Assembly (NCBI GenBank): GCA_965223415.1
Contig: OZ245002.1
Span: 2,880,001-2,944,000, forward strand
Length of the DNA: 64,000 nt
Direction of reading: 5' to 3'
DNA from: Myxococcota bacterium
Lineage (GTDB): Bacteria > Myxococcota_A > UBA9160 > UBA6930
In this document: positions 1 through 9,475 of the stretch, piece after piece
How positions within the stretch are numbered: position 1 is the first letter of the stretch
How the letters are laid out: the number at the start of each line of letters is the position of its first letter
Notes under the pieces: model-generated
Seen by the model: the letters and a program-made list of their open reading frames with translations, nothing else
What the model was told of the DNA's origin: nothing
Databases searched by the model: none
Made by a program: the position numbers and the translations under genes

Positions 1-150
1 GGTGGCGTAGGCCGCGTCGGTGAGGTCGCCGTCGAACTCGTGAACCAGCGCGATCTGGAGCGCCGCCGCCGGCCCGGCGGCGGCGAGCGGCGCCACGAGC
101 ACGAGGAGAGCGAGAAGGATGCGCGGAAGACGCGAGAGCGAAAGCGACAT
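1..150 (-). CDS. Secreted protein, N-terminal part (runs off the window edge)
   Basis: Manual translation from ATG at 150: MSLSLSRLPRILLALLVLVAPLAAAGPAAA-LQIALVHEFDGD..., a classic signal peptide. No stop before position 1. Confidence 0.7.
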   Translation of the reverse strand, partial: MSLSLSRLPRILLALLVLVAPLAAAGPAAALQIALVHEFDGDLTDAAYAT

Positions 151-242
151 GGAGACCCCCAGGAGCCCTTCCCAGAGTGGGGGCTCGAGGGGATAGGTGG
201 CCGCGCCGGGCCGCAGGTGGCAGAACCTGAGCCCCTGGGGGA

Positions 243-1004
243 TCAGGCCACCGCGCAGCTCCGCCCTCGGTGCTGCGCGTAGATCTTCCGCACCCAGGCC
301 GTGGTGGGATGGTCGGCCCAGCGGGCGAGCCACTCGCCGAGCACCGGCGGCTCGGGCAGGGGGCGGGCCGGGCCGCCCTCGGGCTGGATGCCGGGTGAGC
401 ACAGGGACGCTGCAGTGAGGTCCGCCACGCTGAACCCGTCCCCCACCAGGTAGCCCGACGGGCGGACCTCCCCCTCCAGCCGGTCGAACACCTCGCGGGT
501 CGCCCGCATCGACGCCTCGACCCTCTCCGGGGTGATCTCCATCTGCCGGCGCATGACGACGGAGATCGCGGGGAAGGCGGCGCGGTAGGCGAGCTGCGCG
601 GCGCGGCTGCGACCTTCGGTGAACTGACGGCAGAAGTAGTCGGTCTCCGGCATCAGCACGCCGAAGCGGGCACGCCGGATCGCCGGCCCCAGGTCGCGGT
701 CGAGCCACTCCTGCAGCCCGAGAGCGCGCTCGCGCTCGGCGGGATCCGCGGGATACAGGGCGGGCTCGGGCTGCAGGCGCTCCAGGTAGTCCACGATGTG
801 GTTCGAGCCGGCCACCACCGTGGCGCCGTGCCGCAGCACCGGCACCTGGTCCTGCCCGGAGAGGCGCATCATCGCGAGCTTGTGGGGCCCGGGCAGCTGG
901 GAGATGCGCCGGTGGGCAATGCCCTTCCAGTCGAGGGCCCAGCGGGCCTTCTCGTTGTATTGGGAGATGGGGAAGTGGAAGAGCTCGAAGGCGGCCTCGT
1001 TCAT
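243..1004 (-). CDS. Glutathione S-transferase family protein
   Basis: ELFHFPISQYNEKARWALDWKG, QVPVL, GSNHIVDYLE and YLVGDGFSVADLTAA are GST N- and C-domain motifs. Start trimmed to MNEAAF. Confidence 0.9.
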   Translation of the reverse strand: MNEAAFELFHFPISQYNEKARWALDWKGIAHRRISQLPGPHKLAMMRLSGQDQVPVLRHGATVVAGSNHIVDYLERLQPEPALYPADPAERERALGLQEWLDRDLGPAIRRARFGVLMPETDYFCRQFTEGRSRAAQLAYRAAFPAISVVMRRQMEITPERVEASMRATREVFDRLEGEVRPSGYLVGDGFSVADLTAASLCSPGIQPEGGPARPLPEPPVLGEWLARWADHPTTAWVRKIYAQHRGRSCAVA

Positions 1005-1012
1005 GGACCCCG

Positions 1013-1022
1013 ACGCTACCCT
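1013..1022. promoter_or_regulatory. Symmetric bidirectional -10 element for GST and thiI (putatively leaderless)
   Basis: ACGCTACCCT reads TACCCT on + (7 nt before ATG 1030) and TAGCGT on - (8 nt before ATG 1004). No SD in the 25-bp gap. Confidence 0.6.
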
Positions 1023-1029
1023 CGTCTGG

Positions 1030-2517
1030 ATGTCCGAGCCCGCCCTCGCCGTGCTGCGCCTGTCGGGAGAGGTGTCGACCAAGGCCCGGGCGACCCGCCG
1101 CCAGTTCGTGACCCGGCTTCTGCGCAACCTGCGCGACGCCCTGGAGGAGACGGGCCACGGCTTCCGGGTGGACCGGCGCTACGAGCGGATCCTGGTCGAG
1201 CTCGACCGGGCCGAGGACCTCCCGCGGCTCGAACGGCTGTTCGGCCTGCAGTCCCTGGGGCACGCCGAGCGGCGCGCCGTCTCCACGCTCGCGGAGATCG
1301 TGGACCACGGCGAGCGCGTCTTCGCCGCGGCGGTGGCGGGGCGCCGCTTCGCCGTGCGCGCCCGCAGCGTCGGGACCGACGCCATGCCCGGCGTGCGCGG
1401 ACGCGACGTGGAGGTGGAGCTCGGCACTCGACTGCTGCCGGCGAGCGCCGGCGTCGACCTGGGCGCGCCGGAGGTGACCGCGCGCATCGAGCTCTACGAC
1501 GGCGCCGCCTACTTCATCACCGACGACCGGCCGTGCCCCGGCGGGCTGCCCCTCGGCACCCAGGGACGCGCCGTAGCGCTCGTGTCCGGCGGCTTCGACT
1601 CGGCGGTTGCTGCTTGGCAGATGCTCCGCCGCGGCGTGAACCTGGACTACGTCTTCTGCAACCTCGGCGGCTTCAGCCACCAGCTCGGCACGCTGCGGGT
1701 GATGCAGGTGCTGGCCCAGAGCTGGTCCTTCGGCACCCGGCCACGGCTCCACGCCGTGGACTTCAGCGCCGTCTCCCGCGAGCTGCAGCGGGTGGCGGAG
1801 CCGCGTTACTGGCAGGTGATCCTGAAGCGCCTGATGCTACGCGCCGCCGACAGCGTGGCCACGGAGGTGGGCGCCGACGCGATCGTCACCGGCGAGGCGG
1901 TGGGGCAGGTGTCCTCCCAGACGCTGGTCAACCTGCGCACGATCAGCGAGGCCACCGACTTCCCGATCCTGCGGCCGCTGGTGGGCGCCAACAAGGAGGA
2001 GATCATCCGGCAGGCCGAGGCGATCGGCACGGCGCCCCTCTCCGCGGTGGTCGACGAGTACTGCGCACTGGTTCCGAAGCGTCCGGCCACGGCGGCAAAG
2101 CTCCCGGTCGTGCGAGAGCAGGAGGCAGGGATGGATCCGGCGGTGCTCGCCCGCGCCGTCTCCGCTCGCGAGGTGCTCGACCTGCGCAGCCTCGACCCGG
2201 ACGCCTGCGGGCTCCCGGAGATCGAGACCTCCGAGGTTCCCGAGGGCGCCTGCGTCGTCGACCTGCGAACCCGCCGCGAGTACGAAGGCTGGCACTATCC
2301 CGGCGCCCTGCAGCTCGACTTTCCCCGCGCCCTCGACGCCTACGCTTCCTTCGCGAAGGACCAGCCCTACGTCCTCTACTGCGAGTACGGTCTCAAGAGC
2401 GCGCACCTGGCGGAGCTGATGGGCGCCGCGGGCCACCGCGCGCTGCATTTCCGGGGCGGCACCCGGGCCCTGAAGCGGTGGGCGGAGGAGGAGAAGGGCA
2501 TTCGGGAGGAAACGTGA
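1030..2517 (+). CDS. thiI: tRNA 4-thiouridine synthase ThiI with C-terminal rhodanese domain
   Basis: LRLSGEVSTK N-terminus, THUMP region, PP-loop VSGGFDS, TGEAVGQVSSQTL, EYC, and rhodanese LYCEYGLKS. Confidence 0.95.
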   Translation: MSEPALAVLRLSGEVSTKARATRRQFVTRLLRNLRDALEETGHGFRVDRRYERILVELDRAEDLPRLERLFGLQSLGHAERRAVSTLAEIVDHGERVFAAAVAGRRFAVRARSVGTDAMPGVRGRDVEVELGTRLLPASAGVDLGAPEVTARIELYDGAAYFITDDRPCPGGLPLGTQGRAVALVSGGFDSAVAAWQMLRRGVNLDYVFCNLGGFSHQLGTLRVMQVLAQSWSFGTRPRLHAVDFSAVSRELQRVAEPRYWQVILKRLMLRAADSVATEVGADAIVTGEAVGQVSSQTLVNLRTISEATDFPILRPLVGANKEEIIRQAEAIGTAPLSAVVDEYCALVPKRPATAAKLPVVREQEAGMDPAVLARAVSAREVLDLRSLDPDACGLPEIETSEVPEGACVVDLRTRREYEGWHYPGALQLDFPRALDAYASFAKDQPYVLYCEYGLKSAHLAELMGAAGHRALHFRGGTRALKRWAEEEKGIREET

Positions 2518-2909
2518 GGGAGTTCACCCGGCATCTGGGGATGGACACGGTGCGCGCGGAGGAAGGCGAGTGCCAGATCCGCATGCCCGTCGACGAGCGG
2601 CACATGAGCCGGGCCGACCGGGTGCACGGGGGCGTCTTCTTCACCCTGCTCGACACGGCCATGGGGCGCGCCGTCCTCTCCCGCCTTCCCGAGGGACGCG
2701 GGTGCGCCACGGTCGAGGCGAAGATCAACTACTTCCGCCCGGTCCAGAAGGGCAGCCTGCGGGCGGAGGCGCAGTGCGTCTACCTGTCGCGGCGCACCGC
2801 CTACGCCGAGGGCACCCTGATCGACGGGGAGGACCGGGTGGTCGCGAAGGCGACCGGGACCTTCATGCTGACCGAGACGATGCAGCAGTCGGAGCGCGAG
2901 CGGGTCTAG
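2514..2909 (+). CDS. PaaI-family hotdog thioesterase
   Basis: VHGGVFFTLLDTAMG, TVEAKINYFRPV. GTG start overlaps the thiI stop (GTGA). Confidence 0.9.
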   Translation: MREFTRHLGMDTVRAEEGECQIRMPVDERHMSRADRVHGGVFFTLLDTAMGRAVLSRLPEGRGCATVEAKINYFRPVQKGSLRAEAQCVYLSRRTAYAEGTLIDGEDRVVAKATGTFMLTETMQQSERERV

Positions 2910-3298
2910 GGCGCCGTCGCACCGTCGGCGGCCTGGGTGCTGGCCTGGGCGACCTGGTCGCGTCCGGCGACCCGGACGCGTACGCGGCAGGCGATCTCGA
3001 GAGACGGCACCTCCTCGCCGCGCCGCCACTGCCGGCGGGTCTGGAACTCGGCCTCGAGCTCGGCGGCATCGAGGGCGCCTTCCGCGAGGCCGGCCTTGTC
3101 GATCTCGCTGCGGAGCTCGCCGGCGATGAAGAGGGTGGGGAGGGGATCGCCGTCGCACCAGGCCTCGCCGGTGGAGAGGTCGATGCGCAGCGAGCCCTCC
3201 CCGATGGCGAGCAGCGCGTCGTAGTCCTCGCGCAGCTTCCAGCCGAGGAAGACGCGGCAGAGATCCTCCGCGAGGCTTCGCTGCTGCTCCGGGGTCAT
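2906..3298 (-). CDS. Hypothetical protein (130 aa)
   Basis: GGAGG SD upstream, natural amino-acid composition, fills the gap between genes. Confidence 0.7.
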   Translation of the reverse strand: MTPEQQRSLAEDLCRVFLGWKLREDYDALLAIGEGSLRIDLSTGEAWCDGDPLPTLFIAGELRSEIDKAGLAEGALDAAELEAEFQTRRQWRRGEEVPSLEIACRVRVRVAGRDQVAQASTQAADGATAP

Positions 3299-3370
3299 GC
3301 TTCCTCCGGCCGGCCATCGAAGACCCTTCCCACGCTGGACCTCCCGGGCGACCGGCGAGGGTAGCCGAGG

Positions 3371-3958
3371 TCAGCGCAGGGCCGAGGAGGCGGCGCGCAG
3401 GCCCTCGAGGATGTGGCGGCGCTCCTCGGCGGAGCGCGAGGAGAACTGCTCGTCCACGAGCACCTCCTGCTCGTCGGCGTCGAGGGTGCGGAAGTGACGG
3501 AGGCGCCGCCGCATCTCGTTTCGCTCGGGGAGGGGGAGCTCCTTCCACTGCTCGAGCTGGCGGCGGAAGCGGCGGCGTTCCGCCGGCGACATCTCGGCCA
3601 TGCGCTCGCGCAGGACACGCCGGCGCCGGGCGCCCCGCTCGACGCGGTCGCGCTGGACGCGGGCCTCGGCGCGCTGCTCCAGGGTGCGGGTGAAGCGACG
3701 GCGCTCGGCCTCGTCCATCCCCTCCCAGCGCTCGAAGAAGCGGGCGCGGCGTTCGCCGGGCATCGAGCGAAGCCTGCGCACGGCGGCGCGACGCTGCTCC
3801 GGGGGAAGGCCGGCGATCCAGGAGCGCAGGGACAGGGGCGCCTCGGCTTGCGGCGCCTCGAGGCTCGGGCGGCGGCGCTCCTCGCCGTGGGCGGGGATCG
3901 AGAGCGCCAGGAGCCCGAACGCGGCGGCGGCGAGCAGGCAGCGGGGCGCGCGGCTCAT
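3371..3958 (-). CDS. DUF3106-like periplasmic helical protein
   Basis: Signal peptide and repeated W/M-xx-L-[PS]-xE-ERR helical units. Third gene of the ECF cassette, with ATGA overlap. Confidence 0.75.
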   Translation of the reverse strand: MSRAPRCLLAAAAFGLLALSIPAHGEERRRPSLEAPQAEAPLSLRSWIAGLPPEQRRAAVRRLRSMPGERRARFFERWEGMDEAERRRFTRTLEQRAEARVQRDRVERGARRRRVLRERMAEMSPAERRRFRRQLEQWKELPLPERNEMRRRLRHFRTLDADEQEVLVDEQFSSRSAEERRHILEGLRAASSALR

Positions 3959-4485
3959 CCGCTGCCTCCGTCCGCTCCCAGGGCATCGAGAGCCGCCAGC
4001 CAGTCGAGCACCTCGACGACGGCCACATCTTCCGGTTCCAGCTCGAGCTCGGCGGCCAGCTCGAGCTCCGGATCGGCGGGGTCGAGCAGGTCGGGGAGCT
4101 CCGGCACGGGGGGAGCGGGGACCGACTCGGGGGTGGGCTGCACCGCGACCGGCGGGCCCTCCGGGGCCGGGCCAGGTAGCGCGAGCCAGGCCAGCGCGGC
4201 GGCCGCGGCCGCCGCAGCAGCGACGGCCAGGAAGCGGCGGCGGCGGCGAGGCGGCGGCGAGGCCTGCGAATCGGAGGCGATGCGGGCCCGGAGCTGGGCC
4301 TTGGCGGAGGTGGGCACCGGTCGGACGGGCAGGGCGCGTAGCGCAGCGTCCGTCGCCTCGAGCTCGGCCAGGCGAGCGGCCAGCTGCGGCGACCGGGCCA
4401 GCTCCTCGCGCAGGGAGGCCTCCGCCTCCGACGAGAGCTCGCCATCGAGCAGCGCCGAGAGCTGGGCCTCGAGCTCCGGGTTCAT
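3955..4485 (-). CDS. Membrane anti-sigma factor (zf-HC2-like N-terminus lacking the Cys/His ligands)
   Basis: LSALLDGELS..., single Ala-rich TM helix, ATGA overlap with the sigma gene. Confidence 0.85.
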   Translation of the reverse strand: MNPELEAQLSALLDGELSSEAEASLREELARSPQLAARLAELEATDAALRALPVRPVPTSAKAQLRARIASDSQASPPPRRRRRFLAVAAAAAAAAALAWLALPGPAPEGPPVAVQPTPESVPAPPVPELPDLLDPADPELELAAELELEPEDVAVVEVLDWLAALDALGADGGSG

Positions 4486-5111
4486 GCCTGACCTCCCTTC
4501 TGGGTGGGGCGCTGGGCGGTGCCGCCGGAGAGCTCCCGAGCGAGGGCCGTGCGACCGCGATGCACCAGGGCCTTCACCGACTGGGGCGTCGTTTCGAGCG
4601 CGGTCGCCACCTCCGCGTAGGACAGCCCTTCGACGGACGCCAGCCAGAGGGCCGCCCGCTGGCGTTCCGGAAGCCGGTCGAGGGCGGCGAGGGTCTCGGC
4701 GCCCTGGCGGCGGGCGTCGACGACCCCGTCCACGCCGGGACCCTCCCCGACCAGCACGAGGGGCGGGCGCTCACCTCCGTCGTCGCGCTCGGTGCTCTCG
4801 TGGGGGCTGCGGCGGAACGGACGACGCAGCTCGTTGCGCGCCACGTTGCCTGCGATCGTGAAGAGCCAGGTCGAGAATCGGGCGTCCGGGCGATAGCGCG
4901 CCTTCGCGCGGTGCACCCGCAGGAAGCTCTCTTGCAGCAGCTCCTCGGCCACGGCGGAATCCTTCACCATGCGTTCCAGGAAGCGGAGCAGCCGCGCCGC
5001 CCAGCGGTCGAACAGCGCGTCGAAGGCGGCCTCGTCACCACCCGCAAAGGCCAGCATCAGCTGGACATCCTCATCCGCCGGCTGCGGCAAGCTCGCCTCC
5101 ACCCGGGTCAT
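4482..5111 (-). CDS. ECF sigma-70 factor
   Basis: GDEAAFDALF, AEELLQESFLRV, FSTWLFTIAGN, LPERQRAAL...GLSYAEVA...VKALVHRGR. Exact start uncertain. Confidence 0.95.
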   Translation of the reverse strand: MTRVEASLPQPADEDVQLMLAFAGGDEAAFDALFDRWAARLLRFLERMVKDSAVAEELLQESFLRVHRAKARYRPDARFSTWLFTIAGNVARNELRRPFRRSPHESTERDDGGERPPLVLVGEGPGVDGVVDARRQGAETLAALDRLPERQRAALWLASVEGLSYAEVATALETTPQSVKALVHRGRTALARELSGGTAQRPTQKGGQA

Positions 5112-5112
5112 C

Positions 5113-5138
5113 CAACCCGCCGGGGCCGGATCGGTTGC
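5113..5138 (-). promoter_or_regulatory. Possible ECF-type autoregulatory promoter
   Basis: Minus strand gcAAC-N17-GTTg just upstream of the sigma gene, matching the generic ECF AAC-N16/17-GTT layout. Confidence 0.4.
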
Positions 5139-5190
5139 GTCGAGAAATGGCCCCCATGGGGAACCGAATTCTCGCCCCTGGCTCCGTTTC

Positions 5191-6003
5191 CTAGCTGTTG
5201 GAGAGGAAGTCGAGGACGGCGGTGTTGAAGGCGTCGGTCTCCTCGATGTTCACGCAGTGGCCCGCGTCCGGGATGACGACGTGGCGGGCGCGGGGGAGCT
5301 TGGCGGCCATCACCTCGCCGGCGGCCTGGTAGGCGGCATCGAGAGCGCCGACGAGCACCAGGGCCGGCACCTGGATCTCGGCCAGGCTGTCGAGGGTGGA
5401 GGGGGCCGGGCCCGCCACGTTGCGGCCGAAGCGGGCCACGCCGTTCGGGTCCTGGGCCTCGATGGCCCGGCCCGCGGCCTGGGCGGCGGGCAGCTCGGGT
5501 CGGAGGCCGATCGCGTTCGGCGCCGCCCGCCCGCTCGTGTAGCCCTCGAAGCCGACCCGCTCCAGGCGTCCGGCGATGCGATCGACCTGCGCCTCCCAGC
5601 CGGCCTGGGCCTTCGGGTTCTTGAAGCCCGGACCGCTGGCGATGAGCAACAGCCCGCGGACCCGTTCCGGGTAGCGCAGCGCGAAGTGCTGGGAGGCCAG
5701 CCCTCCGAAGGACAGGCCCCCGACCACCGCGGGCTCGCCGGGCGCCGCCCAATCGAGCACCCGGGAGAGATCGTCGACGACCTGCTCCATCGTGTAGGCG
5801 GCCTCGTCGGCGGGCACCTCGCTCTGCCCGTGGCCGCGGTAGTCCCACAGCACGATCCGGTAGCCCGCCGCCACGAAGGGATCGACCTGGGTGCGGAAGT
5901 TCTCGTGGGTCTGGCAGTAGCCCGGCGAGAGGACGAGCGGCGTACCCTCCCCGTTCGCCTCTGCGTAGAGGCGCACGCCGTCGCTCGCGATCACCGAGGC
6001 CAT
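5191..6003 (-). CDS. Alpha/beta-fold hydrolase
   Basis: DYRGHGQS, nucleophile elbow GLSFGG, VGALD, DAGHCVNIE. Confidence 0.92.
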   Translation of the reverse strand: MASVIASDGVRLYAEANGEGTPLVLSPGYCQTHENFRTQVDPFVAAGYRIVLWDYRGHGQSEVPADEAAYTMEQVVDDLSRVLDWAAPGEPAVVGGLSFGGLASQHFALRYPERVRGLLLIASGPGFKNPKAQAGWEAQVDRIAGRLERVGFEGYTSGRAAPNAIGLRPELPAAQAAGRAIEAQDPNGVARFGRNVAGPAPSTLDSLAEIQVPALVLVGALDAAYQAAGEVMAAKLPRARHVVIPDAGHCVNIEETDAFNTAVLDFLSNS

Positions 6004-6022
6004 GTTCTTCGTCGACCTCTGT

Positions 6023-6448
6023 CTATCCCGCCGCTTCCATCCGGCGGCGCAGCGCCGCGGCCATCTTCTCGAGCTGGTCCTTGAGCGGCGCCTTGATGGT
6101 GAACTCGGGAACCAGGCCCTTGGTGCGGCCGTCCATCTCGAGGGTCACCTGGGTGCGATCGCCGCGTTCCAGGAGCCGCACGGCGCCGTCGAGCTGCTTC
6201 CACACGCGCCCGTCGCAGACCTTCGAGAAACGCACGTCACCGTCACCCAGGAAGTCGAAGTGGAAGGTGACCGTGCCTTCCTGGCCGAGGGCGCGGTACT
6301 CGGAGACGATGGTCTTGCGGCCCCGGTCGCGGGCGACGATCTCCGTCTTCCCGTCCGGGAAGAGCGCGCCCAGGATCCCGTCGTCGGCGAGGGCGGCGGC
6401 GCAGGCCTCGCGGCTCGCCGCCACCTCGAAGCGCTTGTCGAGTCGCAT
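6023..6448 (-). CDS. SRPBCC/CoxG-like (START-fold) protein
   Basis: MRLDKRFEVAASRE... N-terminus, beta-rich core and C-terminal helix are typical of SRPBCC proteins. Confidence 0.65.
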   Translation of the reverse strand: MRLDKRFEVAASREACAAALADDGILGALFPDGKTEIVARDRGRKTIVSEYRALGQEGTVTFHFDFLGDGDVRFSKVCDGRVWKQLDGAVRLLERGDRTQVTLEMDGRTKGLVPEFTIKAPLKDQLEKMAAALRRRMEAAG

Positions 6449-7576
6449 CTAGTGTCCTGTTCCAGAAGAAACCACTCGATTAGAATCGGAGTGGACGTCG
6501 AGGACGCGACCACAGTAGCGCCGCACACTCGCGAGGATCTGATCCGCGGTCTTGGTCCAGACGAAGGGTCTCGGATCGTCGTTCGTCGTCTTCAGGAAGC
6601 TCCGGATGTCGTTCTCGAGCGCCCTCGTGCTGCGATGCACGCCGCGACGGATGCAACGCTCGGTGATGAGTGCAAAGAACCGCTCGACCTGATTCAGCCA
6701 TGAGCTGTACGTCGGGGTGAAGTGCACGTGGAAACGAGGGTGGCGCGCGAGCCAGCTCCGAGTTCGCTTCGTCTTGTGCGTGGTGTAGTTGTCGAGCACG
6801 AGATGGATGTCGAGTTCGGCGGGTACGTTGTCGTCGATCGTCCTGAGGAACTTCAGGAACTCCTCCGTGCGGTGCCGGCGATGGAGGGATCCGATCACTT
6901 CGCCCGTTGCGATGTTGAGTGCGGCAAAGAGTGTCGTCGTGCCATGGCGTAGGTATCCGTGTGTGCGCTGCTCCGCCCGGCCCGGTTGCATCGGCAAGAC
7001 AGGCTGGTTCCGTTCCAGCGCTTGGATCTGCGATTTCTCGTCGACGCAGAGGACGACCGCGTTCGCCGGCGGAGACATGTACAGGCCGACGATATCCACC
7101 ACCTTGTCCACAAAATGGGGATCGTTGGAGAGCCGGAAGCGCTCGACTCGGTGCGGCTGGAGGCTGAATGCTCGCCAGATGCGATGAACCGTCGTCGTCG
7201 GGAGGCCTACCCGCTTCGCCATCAGGCGAACGGACCAGTGCGTCGCTCCCGTGGGCGTTTCCTCTAGCGTCAAGCGCACGACCTCATCGACCTGCTCGTC
7301 GGTCACCGTCCGGGGCGCTCCCGGCTTGGGCTCGTCGTAGAGCCCAGCGATCCGCTTTTCGACGAAGCGCTTGCGCCAGATCCCGACGGTCTCTCGTCGC
7401 TTGCCTACGCGTTCCGCGATTTCCCCATTCGTCAGCCCCTGCTCTGCGAGCAATACAATGCGCGAGCGGTAGGCCAACTGATGCGCGCTCTTCCGCCTTC
7501 TGGCGTGCGTCTGGAGCTCTTCTCGCTCCGCATCCGTCAGCACAATCGGCGTCTTGGGCCGGCCACGATTCGCCAT
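6449..7576 (-). CDS. IS630-family DDE transposase
   Basis: HTH N-terminus, [54 protein letters not shown]. Uninterrupted ORF. Confidence 0.97.
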   Translation of the reverse strand: MANRGRPKTPIVLTDAEREELQTHARRRKSAHQLAYRSRIVLLAEQGLTNGEIAERVGKRRETVGIWRKRFVEKRIAGLYDEPKPGAPRTVTDEQVDEVVRLTLEETPTGATHWSVRLMAKRVGLPTTTVHRIWRAFSLQPHRVERFRLSNDPHFVDKVVDIVGLYMSPPANAVVLCVDEKSQIQALERNQPVLPMQPGRAEQRTHGYLRHGTTTLFAALNIATGEVIGSLHRRHRTEEFLKFLRTIDDNVPAELDIHLVLDNYTTHKTKRTRSWLARHPRFHVHFTPTYSSWLNQVERFFALITERCIRRGVHRSTRALENDIRSFLKTTNDDPRPFVWTKTADQILASVRRYCGRVLDVHSDSNRVVSSGTGH

Positions 7577-7663
7577 ACGTCCCCCCAACGTGATGCCGGT
7601 AAGATGCCCCCTGCACGTTGGGAGTTCGCACTATTTTGCGTACTTTTTTCCGAAACAGGACAC
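6452..7663 (-). mobile_element. IS630-family insertion sequence (1212 bp)
   Basis: Terminal inverted repeats GTGTCCTGTTCCAGAAGAAA and GTGTCCTGTTTCGGAAAAAA (17/20 identical). TA duplicated at 6450-6451 and 7664-7665 within a CTAG target. Lower GC than the flanks. Confidence 0.95.
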
Positions 7664-9402
7664 TAGCGGATCTCCATCAGGCCCGGCGGAACGAGCAGCG
7701 GAGCGCCTTCCGGCAGGCCCCGCACCAGCTGGACCAGGGAGGCGAGTGTACCCGGGAGCGGCAGGTCCGGTGTGGCCAGGGGCAGCTCGCCTTCGGCGGC
7801 CGCCCGCAGGCCGCCGAAGAGCTCCATCAGCTCCTCGGCGAGGGGACGTGGGCGCGGGTACTGCACGAGCACGACCGGCGCCTCCGGGTCGAGGCCCACC
7901 AGCTTCTTGCCCTCGATGACCGCGTCCCGGAGGCCGCCCAGGGAATCGACCAGACCGATCTCCCGGGCCTGGGCGCCGGTCCACACGCGCCCGCGCGCGA
8001 CGGCGTCCACCTCGTCGCGCTCGAGGGAACGGCCCTCGGCCACCCGCTCCAGGAAGAGCTCGTAGACGCCCTGCACGTCGTCGCGCAGCACGGCACGGGT
8101 CTCCTCCGAGAGCGGCTTCGAGGCGAGCAGCAAATCCGCGTGGGGGCCGCGGGTGATCGGCTCGACACCGACCCCGAGCTTCTCGAGCAGCCCGCCGATG
8201 ACCGGCCGCAAGACGAACACGCCGATCGAGCCGGTGTAGGTGGTGTGGTGGGAGACGATGCGATCGGCGCCGGCCGCCACGTAGTAGCCGCCGGATGCGG
8301 CGACGTCGGAGAAGGACGCGATCACGGGCTTGCCGTCCGCCCGGACGTCCTGCACCGCCTGCCAGACGATGTCCGACGCCAGGGCGGAGCCGCCCGGGCT
8401 GTCGATGCGGAAGACGATCGCCTGCACCTCCGGGTCGGCGGCCGCGTCCCGCAGCGCGCGGGCCACCGTGTCCGAGGCCAGCACCGGCGAGCCGCCACCG
8501 GCGAAGCGGCCTTCGCCCACGAGGACCGGGCCGGAGCCGTGCACCAGCGCGAAGGTGCCCTCGGGCTCGAAGCCGAGCTCGCCCAGACCGACCTGCGCGT
8601 AGTCCGAGGCCTCGACGATGGGCTGCTCGCCGAAGCCCTCCATGAGGTCGGTCCAGGTCGTGACCTCGTCGATCAGGCCGAGCCGCTGCATCGGCTCGCC
8701 GCCGGTCGGCGCCTGGTCCATGGCCTTCTCGATCGCGGCACGCTCGAGCCCGCGCCCCTCGGCCACGAGGGCCAGGAACCGGTCCTCGATCGAGTCCACC
8801 AGGGCTTCCTGCATCTCGCGAGCGGGGCCGGACATGCCCTTCTGGGCGTAGCTCTCGACGGCGCTCTTGTAGCGGCCAATGCGTTCGTACTCGATGTCGA
8901 CGCCGAGCTTCTCGAAGAGCCCGCCGAAGAAGAGATACTCACCGGCCAGCCCGACGAAGGGGTTGCGGTGGCCCGGCGCCGCCGCGATGCGCTGCGCGCC
9001 GGTGGCCACGGCGTAGGCGCCGTTGCCGAAGCCCTCGACCTCGAGGTACGCCACGGTCTTCCTGCCCTTGTCGGCGAGGCGGGCGATGGCGGCTCGGATC
9101 TCCTCCACCCGACCCCAGCCGAGGGCCAGGCCGCGGATGCGGAAGACGACGGTGTCGACGCGGTCGTCGCGCTCGAGCTTGGCGAGCTCTCCGAGCAGCG
9201 AGACGAGCGAGCGCTCGGGGCTGCCGGTGAGGCGCGCATAGAGCGGGTTCACCGGAGCGTCGGCGTAGGCGCCCTGGAGCTTCACGACGACCACGCTGCC
9301 CGGCTCGATGGTCGGCGCCCGCCCGCTCCACCACAGGGCCGCGAGCCCCGCCAGCAGCAGCAGGCCCAGGATCCAAGCTCGGGCGGTGGGCGCTCGACTC
9401 AT
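7663..9402 (-). CDS. sppA: Signal peptide peptidase SppA (protease IV, long form)
   Basis: N-terminal TM, GRYKSAVE, RIDSPGGSALASD, DVAASGGYY, TGSIGV, RGRVWTGAQA. Confidence 0.95.
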   Translation of the reverse strand: MSRAPTARAWILGLLLLAGLAALWWSGRAPTIEPGSVVVVKLQGAYADAPVNPLYARLTGSPERSLVSLLGELAKLERDDRVDTVVFRIRGLALGWGRVEEIRAAIARLADKGRKTVAYLEVEGFGNGAYAVATGAQRIAAAPGHRNPFVGLAGEYLFFGGLFEKLGVDIEYERIGRYKSAVESYAQKGMSGPAREMQEALVDSIEDRFLALVAEGRGLERAAIEKAMDQAPTGGEPMQRLGLIDEVTTWTDLMEGFGEQPIVEASDYAQVGLGELGFEPEGTFALVHGSGPVLVGEGRFAGGGSPVLASDTVARALRDAAADPEVQAIVFRIDSPGGSALASDIVWQAVQDVRADGKPVIASFSDVAASGGYYVAAGADRIVSHHTTYTGSIGVFVLRPVIGGLLEKLGVGVEPITRGPHADLLLASKPLSEETRAVLRDDVQGVYELFLERVAEGRSLERDEVDAVARGRVWTGAQAREIGLVDSLGGLRDAVIEGKKLVGLDPEAPVVLVQYPRPRPLAEELMELFGGLRAAAEGELPLATPDLPLPGTLASLVQLVRGLPEGAPLLVPPGLMEIR

Positions 9403-9475
9403 GGCGGTTCTCCGTGCGCGGGTCGTTCCCCTACAGCGGGGGACGGCGCGGGACGAAGGTAACGTTCAGCTAGCC

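Noticed and set aside
7618..9462. Long antisense or alternate-frame ORFs (also 20306-22798, 22884-25292, 36635-39139 and others)
   Set aside because: Shadow ORFs expected at high GC. They are Arg/Gly/Pro-rich or mirror clearly identified genes on the other strand.
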